Shown: positions 45,301 through 52,953, counted from the first letter of the stretch. The stretch: DNA of 64,000 nt from Ignavibacteriaceae bacterium (GCA_023231105.1 JALNWB010000001.1:18276-82275), one strand, 5' to 3'. A program made the numbers and translations. The notes: generated by a model not told the origin, from the letters alone.

Positions 45301-46385
45301 TAAAGATCAATGCTGAAGGGGTGCCGGAGTTTAACACAATTAAGAAACAATTGTTTAACCTGGCCGGAGAAGGATTGGGACAATTATGGGTTACGGGTGG
45401 TTTACCGGGAAGCGGAAAGAGCAGCACACTTGGAGGTGAGTTTTATAAAAACAAAGTTTTGATAGATCCCGACAAAATAAAATATATGCTTGCTGAGGAA
45501 AGAGGAATATCGCAAGAAGAGGTAAATAAAAAGCCTTGGGAATTGCATGAGGAAAGTTCGAATATTGCCAAGCATTTGGTCCGTGAAGCAATACGCGAAA
45601 AGAAAGATGTAATTTATGATGTTACCATGAAGGGGACGGAAAATTTAAACGATCTTCTTTACATGGTGAACAGCGATACTTTTCAGGCGAATGCTGAGTT
45701 TATTCATCTCCCGATTGAAAAGGGAATTGAGCGCGACAAAGCAAGAGGAGAAAGCGGCGGAAGAAGCATAGGCGCTGATCTGTATAAGAAATTGTTTGGT
45801 GGTTATCCTACACACAAAGCTTTTTTTGAGTTGAAGGATAGTTTTGATAATTTTAGAGTATATGATAACAGCGCACCGTTGGGAGAAGGGGCAAAACTAT
45901 TTTATGTAAAAAATGACGGACAAGAAAAAATATTGCACCCGGGAATTCACGATGAATTCAAGAAATTTGGTTTGAAGCAAATGGGGAAATCACTATATTT
46001 GAGATACCAAAGGAGAAAATTAGTGAAAGCAATCGAACCCACACCCAAAACAAACGAAACCCAATTACCGGAAAGCGAAAAGTTAAAACTTCTTTTAGGT
46101 TTTAAAGAGCAAGGGATAGACCGGGACATTGATCCGGAACAAGATTTCTTTGCTTTGGGAATGCTGAAGATGCACGGATTGATCGATGAGAATATGAATC
46201 TAACACCGGAAGGTGAGCAGAAATATCAATTTCAATTTGGCAGTAAGTTTAGCAACATGAACGGAGAAGAAAGCGATGTTGAACAGGTCGTGAATCCGAG
46301 AAAAAATATTGCTGAAGAAAATAAAGAGAAAAAACCAGCCATAAAAGCATTCGGGAAAGAATTCAATAAAAAGAAACCTGAGTAA
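42357..46385 (+). CDS. polyvalent protein 3 (1342 aa) with duplicated H..IIK.A...GK.(I/V)P..V(I/L) modules and C-terminal Zeta-toxin-like P-loop kinase domain
   Basis: The Walker A motif LWVTGGLPGSGKSSTLGGEFY, together with VLIDPDKIK, HEESSNIAKHLVREAIREKKDVIYDVTMKG and RVYDNS, resembles Zeta toxin/UNAG-kinase domains. Two copies of a polyvalent-associated module are present (HKVIIKHAIREGKEIPDAVIEPY and HYEIIKRALVDGKPVPPEVLRDYPEL). A second internal leader is present (FKAFGKQISMFGAQ...). Confidence 0.85.
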   Translation: MIITLFGKSIKFGKNPNQIDMFATAGAEKEFAPGDKRRLELTSGGKLRWKNADEEGSGKLKVESGKNATPNNQNIREEKGLFKEAYEQTQDEYAQKMFRGPIAEVKKFKDPNDLEDIAISNEQHKVIIKHAIREGKEIPDAVIEPYKNSHWAKEYLSKKVDYSQELINTAQTSKTFDKFLTNVRIHVFPNEFLKKELGLGDDNVQNRKKLNDYYNRQKAEHREQRKKDKEEGDKAIAELHVDQIEKLALQQYGGKVGKEKKIDDDKIAELYRNSPISIQVDKMSNKAQEIYNNAGNQAEKQIAFDLWNYGNGIQDEFVEKYVKGEKISTEDVMEVKRIANILIKGADEEFEKVKNGSKAKITIKKKKEEPVKKEPWERTLSDMIQNEITNREIFGPESYPKWITDNTKVEIADRRTGIVYDHFTLASPTQERLKHYGKLAHYEIIKRALVDGKPVPPEVLRDYPELEKETSLISELPFTASLKKDLESYGEKTKNILVEGTYQPFADWFKKQYPDQEFKIGKHQDGGPFIAITGGGEIRYSAYQKDNSENEIKLSKLKKRKEVLGEKLYSEKLKNHKKVSNIGFGTNMRGYQKTKQLSFRREDELQQKIKEINEEIKDLLPKNVSESNKSIFKNLFKAFGKQISMFGAQPYQKEGQTKEGRGGTLKLTRDSSGKGAHWKLVGKGQSAVDGQQSAVGSGQEKQTGGKIITPANAFELLQDKIGNSVLLQDNEGNLLGEGALQLVNENSEGNYSLFLKEANGFDSLVSIPKNQAVVQKEDGISFKFADKNILISTIEKSKIPNKPVEMEKAEENAKHARNLEKMRNFNEWQKKADSYARTANGQKDWFFGDMEIAADAEGLEFGVKNRIIKKADTLFKEIKRNATRDDKAEIYSALIGAFEVKSVAKAKAVISNLKKKGYEIDADQLDQPKDKENFFTRIKISKGENDPLPKELQFATGEYALAFEECAKKPNPLRETEMSLGLKINAEGVPEFNTIKKQLFNLAGEGLGQLWVTGGLPGSGKSSTLGGEFYKNKVLIDPDKIKYMLAEERGISQEEVNKKPWELHEESSNIAKHLVREAIREKKDVIYDVTMKGTENLNDLLYMVNSDTFQANAEFIHLPIEKGIERDKARGESGGRSIGADLYKKLFGGYPTHKAFFELKDSFDNFRVYDNSAPLGEGAKLFYVKNDGQEKILHPGIHDEFKKFGLKQMGKSLYLRYQRRKLVKAIEPTPKTNETQLPESEKLKLLLGFKEQGIDRDIDPEQDFFALGMLKMHGLIDENMNLTPEGEQKYQFQFGSKFSNMNGEESDVEQVVNPRKNIAEENKEKKPAIKAFGKEFNKKKPE
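42527..42554 (+). repeat. tandem heptamer array, TTGAAAG type (4 units), inside polyvalent protein 3
   Basis: The units are TGGAAAG TTGAAGG TTGAAAG TGGAAAG. They encode SGKLKVESGK. Confidence 0.8.
44395..44450 (+). repeat. tandem heptamer array, CAGTCGG type (8 units), inside polyvalent protein 3
   Basis: The units are TAGTCGG CAAAGGG CAATCGG CAGTGGA CGGTCAG CAGTCGG CAGTTGG CAGTGGG. They encode VGKGQSAVDGQQSAVGSG. Confidence 0.85.
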
Positions 46386-46443
46386 TACAGGACGAGAAAC
46401 TTAATATAAGAGTTAACTTATAAGTTAAGTTTAAAGAAACAGC

Positions 46444-47493
46444 ATGAATTACCAAATTGTTTATGATATTGATTACAGCAAAGTCTATGAGCTGATAAAC
46501 CACATTGAACAGCAATTAGGCAAAGAAGCTGAGTTACCGCAAGCGATTGAAGCGGCGGGAGATTTAGCAACACAGACATGGTTAAATGTTGCGGCAAGTA
46601 AGTTTAAGCATTCGCAAGGGGGATATGCAAACGGAATTGTATCGGGGGCGAAATATCCTTATCAGAGCGATAGACTTCATTATAAGATCATTCACACCAG
46701 CCCACATGCAAAAGCCCTGGAAGAAGGTTTTGAAAGTTTTGACATGAAGAAGGCGCTTGATACTTCGCCAAAAGTAAGGATAGGAAAAGACGGTAAAAAA
46801 TATTTAGTTATTCCTTTTCAACACGGTACACCGGGAACGACAAGTTTTAGGGCAATGCCTAAAGAAGTTTATGATAAAGCGCCGGTTTACCAGCGCGAAG
46901 TGCTAATGGGGAAAGTGAAATATTCTTTGGATGAAACGAGAACCGGAGCAAAAAACTTGCGGCATTCCGTTGCTGTAAAAATGTTTAACGAGGGAAGCAT
47001 AAGGGGAGCGCGAGACCAAGCGGACGCAGAATTAATGAGAAGAAATAATCCTGAGCGTGTACAGCGAACAATGTATTCGTGGAGCGACAAAATTAAGAAC
47101 ACTGGACAACCGTTGCTTAGAGCGGAGCCAAAGGAATATACGATTAGCGATAAAGCAACCGGTGAAAAGTTTAAGGTAACATCTCCTCCGCACAAAACTT
47201 CTATCTACGAAAATATGGTGAGATTTCAAACCAATCCCAATGTGAACAGGTTTAATTTCGGTAAGTTTATTTTTAAACCGCACAACCAGACGGAGAACAT
47301 GAGGAACTCAAGCGCTTATTTTACTTTTAGAATTATGTCTGAAAATAGTCAAGGTTGGATTCACCCGGGATTAAGCGGAATGTTTATTTTAAGGGAAACG
47401 AAAGAAAAAATAGAACAGCCGGTTATGATGATGTTGGGGGAAGCGGCGAAAAAAGATTTGAGTACCACAATTTCGGCATTTAACCAAAGTTAA
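46444..47493 (+). CDS. virion structural protein (by position)
   Basis: This is the last gene of the head block and is followed by a strong intrinsic terminator. Confidence 0.45.
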   Translation: MNYQIVYDIDYSKVYELINHIEQQLGKEAELPQAIEAAGDLATQTWLNVAASKFKHSQGGYANGIVSGAKYPYQSDRLHYKIIHTSPHAKALEEGFESFDMKKALDTSPKVRIGKDGKKYLVIPFQHGTPGTTSFRAMPKEVYDKAPVYQREVLMGKVKYSLDETRTGAKNLRHSVAVKMFNEGSIRGARDQADAELMRRNNPERVQRTMYSWSDKIKNTGQPLLRAEPKEYTISDKATGEKFKVTSPPHKTSIYENMVRFQTNPNVNRFNFGKFIFKPHNQTENMRNSSAYFTFRIMSENSQGWIHPGLSGMFILRETKEKIEQPVMMMLGEAAKKDLSTTISAFNQS

Positions 47494-47564
47494 AGAATTA
47501 GTAAGTTTGTACTGCAATATAAATCATACCCGTGATTTAGAAAGCTCCTTTGAATAGTTCCTGG

Positions 47565-47597
47565 AATCCCGCTGCAAAGAGCGGGATTTTTCATTTT
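47565..47597 (+). terminator. intrinsic terminator ending the head block
   Basis: A 9-bp stem (AATCCCGCT/AGCGGGATT) is followed by TTTTCATTTT. Confidence 0.8.
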
Positions 47598-47649
47598 AAA
47601 CGGTTTGCAAAAAAAAGTGAAAATAATTTAAACTTTTTTTGAAAAAGAC

Positions 47650-47679
47650 TTGACTTTAATATACAAACGTTTGTATATT
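47650..47679 (+). promoter_or_regulatory. sigma70-type promoter (TTGACT-N18-TATATT) overlapped by a perfect 22-bp palindrome (operator)
   Basis: TTGACT lies at 47650-47655 and TATATT at 47674-47679. The palindrome AATATACAAACGTTTGTATATT lies at 47658-47679. Confidence 0.6.
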
Positions 47680-47712
47680 TGTAGTGAAAGAAAAACAAAA
47701 AAGGAACCTCAA

Positions 47713-48228
47713 ATGAAAAGCGAAAACAAACCTAAATTTAACCCAACACCGGAAATGATAACTGCAACAAAAGCTGTTCTTGCGGCGAAAGCATTAGTGC
47801 TAACTATTCGCCCGATAGTTGAAGGTTATGAAAAAGAAATCTTGGCAAAACATCGATTTACAAACAAAGCAGAAGTAGCAATGCTTACAGAGCATGGACA
47901 TGAAGCAAAGGAAAGAGTGATCTTAGATCCGAAAGAGAGCTACCAAATGGGTGATGAAGACTTTAACGCTTATTGGAACGAGTGCAAAGCGGAAAGAGAA
48001 AGAAACGGATTAAAGGTTGAGCGTGATGATTTTTGTCCTTTGTTAGTAGCTGAAAATTTAGAGCGACAAGCAAATAGGGTTCTTTTAGAAGCGATGCAAC
48101 CCATAACCGGTATTGACCCGGACGATCTTTGGAACATGGACCACCGAAAACAACTAATTGATTTGAGTATTAAATTAATTGCAGCTTATTGTAGAGAAAA
48201 TAATATTGATCTAGAGGGAGGGTTCTAA
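47713..48228 (+). CDS. hypothetical protein, first gene of autonomous cassette
   Basis: The ATG follows AAAAAGGAAC, downstream of the TTGACT-N18-TATATT promoter. The TTG at 47650 in the ORF track coincides with the promoter -35 element and I reject it as a start. Confidence 0.5.
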   Translation: MKSENKPKFNPTPEMITATKAVLAAKALVLTIRPIVEGYEKEILAKHRFTNKAEVAMLTEHGHEAKERVILDPKESYQMGDEDFNAYWNECKAERERNGLKVERDDFCPLLVAENLERQANRVLLEAMQPITGIDPDDLWNMDHRKQLIDLSIKLIAAYCRENNIDLEGGF

Positions 48229-48229
48229 A

Positions 48230-48706
48230 ATGAAAACCGAAGCCGCATTAGTTTCAAAAAGAATAAAGAAAGAATTGAAAGAACTTTTTCCCAAGATAAA
48301 GTTTTCCGTAACCAGCAGTAACTATTCCGGCGGGAATTCTGTTCGTATTGAATATAATGATTTTTTACCGACAAGTGTTTTGGAAGATCATTTTGAGAAA
48401 TATGAAGATGGGAAATTTGATAGTTCCCAAGATTTGTATGAGTACAAAAAAAACGCACATGAAGTAAATCCTAACGGTATTTTAGAAGCCCTCCCAAGAA
48501 CAAAATATTTGTTTTTCGAGCGGAGAGTTTCGCCGGAAATGAGAGAAGAAGCGAAAAAATATATTTTGAATACTTTTGATTGTGTCGAGAAACACGAAAC
48601 GCAAATACACACAGCAGTACATCGGTTAACCGTAAATATGGATTTAAGTTTTGGTTTTGACAAAAAGTATGCAGAAAATTTTCCTCACGGGTTATTTGAT
48701 TATTAG
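48230..48706 (+). CDS. hypothetical protein resembling a polyvalent-protein-associated (LPD-type) domain
   Basis: KRIKKELKELFPKIKFSVTSSNYSGGNSVRIEYNDFLPTSVLEDHFEKYEDGKFDSSQDLYEYKK resembles a domain I recall from conjugative-element and phage polyvalent proteins (..FP.VKFSV.S..ysGG.Si.v.w.dgP....v......Y..G.FDgm.D.Y.Y). The exact family name is uncertain. Confidence 0.45.
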   Translation: MKTEAALVSKRIKKELKELFPKIKFSVTSSNYSGGNSVRIEYNDFLPTSVLEDHFEKYEDGKFDSSQDLYEYKKNAHEVNPNGILEALPRTKYLFFERRVSPEMREEAKKYILNTFDCVEKHETQIHTAVHRLTVNMDLSFGFDKKYAENFPHGLFDY

Positions 48707-48736
48707 TTATTTTTCACTAAAGAAAAGGACAAAATA

Positions 48737-48928
48737 ATGATTTGCACTGAATGTAAGAAAGAAGCAAAAACAACTTATGCAGGATATTGGCATAATGATG
48801 GTAGCAAAGATGGCGTATGGGTGATCAAAGAAGGCGAGCATCTATGCGAAGATTGCGCGGAGAAAAGAACAGGGTTTAAAACACTTAGAGAGATTAATAA
48901 TTCAAGAAAACTGAAAAAATTAAAATGA
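48737..48928 (+). CDS. small zinc-ribbon protein
   Basis: The sequence reads MICTECKKEAK...HLCEDCAEK. Confidence 0.45.
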   Translation: MICTECKKEAKTTYAGYWHNDGSKDGVWVIKEGEHLCEDCAEKRTGFKTLREINNSRKLKKLK

Positions 48929-49167
48929 CAACCATACACGAAAAAATAGCAAAAACAATTCCGGCGGAGTTTGTGCATAAAGACTTTGAGGTATTGGAAC
49001 TAATTCACCAGCGGGGGAAATTACCGGCGGGGAAGTGGTATTCAATTCAAGAGTACATGAAGAAAGCCAATCTTAAAACACGGCGCAGTGTGTACCAAAG
49101 AATTGAAAGCGGGGAACTTGAGACAACGAAGATAGATAAATTCACTTTTGTAAAAGAGACCAAGTAA
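48925..49167 (+). CDS. small HTH (excisionase/MerR-like HTH_17-type) DNA-binding protein
   Basis: WYSIQEYMKKANLKTRRSVYQRIESGELETTKIDKFTFV follows the Xis/HTH_17 pattern. It is a candidate ligand for the 22-bp palindromic operator at 47658-47679. Confidence 0.5.
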   Translation: MTTIHEKIAKTIPAEFVHKDFEVLELIHQRGKLPAGKWYSIQEYMKKANLKTRRSVYQRIESGELETTKIDKFTFVKETK

Positions 49168-49200
49168 AAACGACCTCACTTTAATTCGACCTCACCCCTA

Positions 49201-49229
49201 CCCCTCTCCTTTGTAAGGAGAGGGGTTTT
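49201..49229 (+). terminator. intrinsic terminator; CCCCTCTCCTT-TGT-AAGGAGAGGGG hairpin (family copy 3)
   Basis: An 11-bp perfect stem is followed by TTTT. It closes the cassette at 47.6-49.2 kb. Confidence 0.75.
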
Positions 49230-49244
49230 CCACTTTAAACAATC

Positions 49245-49286
49245 TTCAAATTTCAACCCTTCGGAGAGAAACGCATTCCTTAAATA
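49245..49286 (+). promoter_or_regulatory. late regulatory element copy C
   Basis: The core lies at 49252-49267 and TTAAAT at 49280-49285, upstream of the gene at 49331. Confidence 0.6.
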
Positions 49287-49330
49287 ACGGCTGTATTTAA
49301 CAAAGTATTATCTCTTAGTATAACATCAAC

Positions 49331-50221
49331 ATGATTACACCACTTGCATCATTAGAAGTTACTGTTTCACCGCTTGGAAGCGAACTCAATATTTTTTGGA
49401 CTTTGCCTACAACATTGCCAACAAATTATAAAGTTTACATTTTCCAACGCAGTCAAACTGATGTTACGCAATTAGAGATAGACGAATACTTTTCTCACAT
49501 CGCCGACCTTTCAGCCTTTACTTACAACGGATTATATGTTTTTGATAAGATTAAAAACGGTCAGGAAGGGATGGGCGTTTATGAGGTTATTAACGGTTTG
49601 GTTTATTATTACAAAGCTGTAATTAGAGACGAAACCACGGGCGAATATTCCGCAACAATTTCAGCGAACGCAACACCTAACGCGGATGTACTTGTAGAAA
49701 TACATGACGGAAAAGAGATCGTAGCGAAAACATTAAGGAAGATGTTGGACGGATTGAAAAACGCAACCGGGAAGAAAATACAAGTAAGCAGAGATATTGA
49801 AGTTGTGAAACAATTTACCATGGGCGAGCCAAGAAACGATCAGTTTATGGTTGAACGGGTAAACGGAGCTAGCTATCAAAACTATTGGGGCAACATATTA
49901 TCAGCGCACGGGCAAGCTGTTATACTTGGCGACATGGATGCTGATGTAATTAGAGCAACGTACATAACTATAAGCGGACCGGACAGAAGAGACTTAATGA
50001 CCTCGATATGCAGAGGGCGCAAACCATTCTTAAAGATAATGGCAAAGAAATTAGGTGCGACCGACTGCCAGGTTACTATTGAGGGGGATTATTATAATCC
50101 TTCCTTTCACGGAGCTAACGTAGTGGGTACAACAATGATATTTACACTATTAATTGAGAACAAAACAAAAATAGATTACGCAGAAATTAATGAACATATA
50201 ACCGATATGAAGGTGGTTTAA
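49331..50221 (+). CDS. virion structural protein (neck/tail-completion candidate)
   Basis: It is the first gene after late element copy C. Confidence 0.45.
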   Translation: MITPLASLEVTVSPLGSELNIFWTLPTTLPTNYKVYIFQRSQTDVTQLEIDEYFSHIADLSAFTYNGLYVFDKIKNGQEGMGVYEVINGLVYYYKAVIRDETTGEYSATISANATPNADVLVEIHDGKEIVAKTLRKMLDGLKNATGKKIQVSRDIEVVKQFTMGEPRNDQFMVERVNGASYQNYWGNILSAHGQAVILGDMDADVIRATYITISGPDRRDLMTSICRGRKPFLKIMAKKLGATDCQVTIEGDYYNPSFHGANVVGTTMIFTLLIENKTKIDYAEINEHITDMKVV

Positions 50222-50222
50222 A

Positions 50223-50447
50223 ATGGCAAAAAAAATAAACGATGAAGAAAACTTTAGTATGGCCGAAGAACAAGTGAAAGCGTATGAAGGTAAAGAAGAA
50301 ATTGAGGTAAACCTCAATACTTTTATTCATTTGAAAAGTCTTCCAAGTTGGGCGAAGACCCGCTTAGAACATTATTTGGCACTTAATCCAAAAGCAAAAA
50401 CAGAAAATACGGTAGAGCAATGGGAAAAGATTTTAGCAAAACTTTAA
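50223..50447 (+). CDS. hypothetical protein
   Basis: A short ATG ORF with no TM segment. Confidence 0.45.
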   Translation: MAKKINDEENFSMAEEQVKAYEGKEEIEVNLNTFIHLKSLPSWAKTRLEHYLALNPKAKTENTVEQWEKILAKL

Positions 50448-51193
50448 AGCTTTGGTCAACCGGCGCTGAGGTAGAGCTTTGGCAGAAACTTCTTAAGCAG
50501 AAGGGATATTTTGCTGAAGAAGTTGACGGCGTATTTGGTGATAAGTTAAACGCGGCGACAAAGAAATACCAGGCAGCAAACGGACTTCTTAACGATGGAG
50601 TGGTAGGTAAAATTACATGGGGCTTTGCTTTTGCCAACGTTAAGGAAGTAAAAGACGAGCATATAAAAACCGAAGTTAATTTGCTGGCGTGGATAAAAAG
50701 AGATTTAGGTCCATACATAAAAAAGGCTATTGCCGGATCAATATTTACGGAAGATTGGCTTGGGGCAATCGCAGCTCGAGAAACTGGTTTTCTCATCATT
50801 AGGTATGTGAATAAAGGTTATGATCTAGACACAATAACTAAATTGATGAAAGGTGATTTCAATAACGGCATCTACCACGGATTTAGTTTTTGGCAGATCG
50901 ATATTAGATCGTTTCCGGAGTTTATTAATTCCGGTAAATGGTTAGACATTCAGGCGAGCGCAAATAAAGCGGTTGATGTTTTAACCGGTAAAATGAAATA
51001 TTTGAAAAAGCATGAAGAGAAACTTGGAGAGTATTGGTTTAGCCGTGCGATAACCGCGGCTTACAATTGCGGAGAAGGCAACGTAGAAAAAGCGATCTTA
51101 GCCGGGAAGGATATTGATTCACGGACTTTTAATAAAGATTATTCAAAAGAAGTATTTCGAATGAAAGAGGTTTATAAAAGTGTTAATATATAA
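50420..51193 (+). CDS. peptidoglycan hydrolase: PG_binding_1 domain plus SLT/lysozyme-like catalytic domain
   Basis: GAEVELWQKLLKQKGYFAEEVDGVFGDKLNAATKKYQAANGLLNDGVVGKITW is a PG_binding_1 repeat. ARETG (catalytic Glu), GFSFWQID and AAYNCGEGNV parallel the E-S, GLMQ and AYNAG motifs of lytic transglycosylases. Confidence 0.8.
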   Translation: MGKDFSKTLKLWSTGAEVELWQKLLKQKGYFAEEVDGVFGDKLNAATKKYQAANGLLNDGVVGKITWGFAFANVKEVKDEHIKTEVNLLAWIKRDLGPYIKKAIAGSIFTEDWLGAIAARETGFLIIRYVNKGYDLDTITKLMKGDFNNGIYHGFSFWQIDIRSFPEFINSGKWLDIQASANKAVDVLTGKMKYLKKHEEKLGEYWFSRAITAAYNCGEGNVEKAILAGKDIDSRTFNKDYSKEVFRMKEVYKSVNI

Positions 51194-51231
51194 GAAATTC
51201 AATAAAACAACTAATTTAGGAGAATAAGACC

Positions 51232-52953
51232 ATGCCATTGACATTAGAAGGAAAAACCTATACCGTGCCCGGAGTTTACGGAACGGTGGAGATTATAAAT
51301 CTTGGCAGTACAGCATTACCGGTTTTTAATACGCTGCTAATTGTAGCGGGAGCGAAAAAGGGTGTGCCGTATAATGCAACGGGGAAGAAAGGGTACGAAG
51401 TAATTCTACCGTTTTCATCCTTAAACACAGTGAAGGAATATTACGGAGTAAGTGATATTTCCCGCGCATTTGAGTATGCGAAAAAAGGAGGCGCTGGTGT
51501 TGTGTACTGCATTAACGCAGCATCTTTAACAAGAGCGAACGCAACAATACTTGATAACGCCGGAATACCGGTAAACGCTTTTGATGTTTATCCGCGAGAT
51601 AATTTTTACGGAGCGGCTGGGAATGACATTTCGATAACAATGTCAACCGCAACCAGCTTGTTAACTCTAACCATTATTCCGCCGAAGTTGACGAAGTTTT
51701 TAACAGCAAACGCAAGCACTTCATCCCCATTTATTACTCTTGGAGATGTTGAAGGACTTGCAGTTGGTATGGCTGTGAAAGTTTACAGCAACGCAATTAC
51801 AAGCGCACCGGATGCAGTAACTATTGTTAGTATTGATACCGTAAACAACCAGGTAGAACTTAGCGCAAACCCAACGGCGGCTTTTGCTACTTCGGCTTGG
51901 GCGCGTTTATTTGTGGAAGATACCGACAAACAAGCAACAACAACCTTTACCGCAACCGCAACAGTTACGGATGTGATCAACTGGATCAACTCCGGGAATA
52001 TTTTAACTGCGGATAGAAAAACTTACGCGGGAATAAAACCAACAACTTTAGCTAAAGTTTATTTGCAGAACATTACAAGTGCAACAAAAGGAACTTCTCC
52101 GGCAGCGACAGAAACCGGCGGCGGAGATTTTGATCTTCTTGCAGGTTTAGCGCCGCAATTATTTGAAGAGTTGACCAACTACACCAAACAAAGAATAAGA
52201 TTAGTGAACGTTGTAAGCAGCTCATCTTCAGTACATGCAGTTTATAAAACACTTGCGGTAACTGAGAGGGCGGCAAATAAATCGATACAGCTTATTCTTG
52301 GTTGTGCAACGGGAGACATTCTTCTTGCCGCAGATAACGCCGCGCACCCCAAAGCACGTGCAAAAGTATTAAATAGTGATGATTGTATTCTTGCCGGAAT
52401 GGGTATGGATGGCAAAGCATCTTATTTAAGTTTTGCTCCTTTTGTCGGAGGATTGATAAGCGCAAATTCCGTTAAACGGAACTTTACAAATGATGCAGTT
52501 GACGCGCAAAGCGTTGAAAAAACTTTCGGTGAGTTTAACAAAGAAACTGATACCGCCGGATACCTTGCAAACGGTGTATTGTTAATCGGTACGGGTAAGA
52601 ACGGGTATTACATCATTCAAGGAATTAACACCTACCAGAACCAAGCCACTATTTGGAATACAGACGATAAGAAAACCTATTTAATTCAGCAACGGCAGAT
52701 CGTGGACTACGTTTACGAAGGCTACAAGAACGAAATGGAACTTGGTGTAGGCGCTGATGGATATGGACCAAGCGTAGCATCGGTACAAGGCGGAAGAATA
52801 TTAAAGAAATATCAGGATGATGGATTTATTTCTGATTGGAAGATTGTAAACGCATACCAGGAAGGTAATGCAGTAATAACCGAGCCGCAGATCAATCCTA
52901 TTGATGCTGTTGATTTTGTCGGGTTTAAATTAAAAGTAATTGTTGACGCATAA
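51232..52953 (+). CDS. contractile tail sheath protein
   Basis: The N-terminus LEGKTYTVPGVYGTVEIINLG...LLIVAGAKKGVPYN is typical of sheath proteins. The protein is 573 aa and is followed by a tube-sized gene. Confidence 0.8.
   Translation: MPLTLEGKTYTVPGVYGTVEIINLGSTALPVFNTLLIVAGAKKGVPYNATGKKGYEVILPFSSLNTVKEYYGVSDISRAFEYAKKGGAGVVYCINAASLTRANATILDNAGIPVNAFDVYPRDNFYGAAGNDISITMSTATSLLTLTIIPPKLTKFLTANASTSSPFITLGDVEGLAVGMAVKVYSNAITSAPDAVTIVSIDTVNNQVELSANPTAAFATSAWARLFVEDTDKQATTTFTATATVTDVINWINSGNILTADRKTYAGIKPTTLAKVYLQNITSATKGTSPAATETGGGDFDLLAGLAPQLFEELTNYTKQRIRLVNVVSSSSSVHAVYKTLAVTERAANKSIQLILGCATGDILLAADNAAHPKARAKVLNSDDCILAGMGMDGKASYLSFAPFVGGLISANSVKRNFTNDAVDAQSVEKTFGEFNKETDTAGYLANGVLLIGTGKNGYYIIQGINTYQNQATIWNTDDKKTYLIQQRQIVDYVYEGYKNEMELGVGADGYGPSVASVQGGRILKKYQDDGFISDWKIVNAYQEGNAVITEPQINPIDAVDFVGFKLKVIVDA

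Noticed and set aside
47650-47712. The ORF track gives a TTG start at 47650 for the first cassette gene, and similar upstream non-ATG starts at 200, 12137, 15485, 53566 and 61495.
   Set aside because: The 47650 TTG is the -35 hexamer of the promoter. In the other cases (except 200) an ATG with a better SD lies a few codons downstream, and the 15485 start would translate a heptamer array. At 200 the frame simply continues upstream to the window edge. I used the downstream ATGs, apart from 200, which I extended to nt 2.
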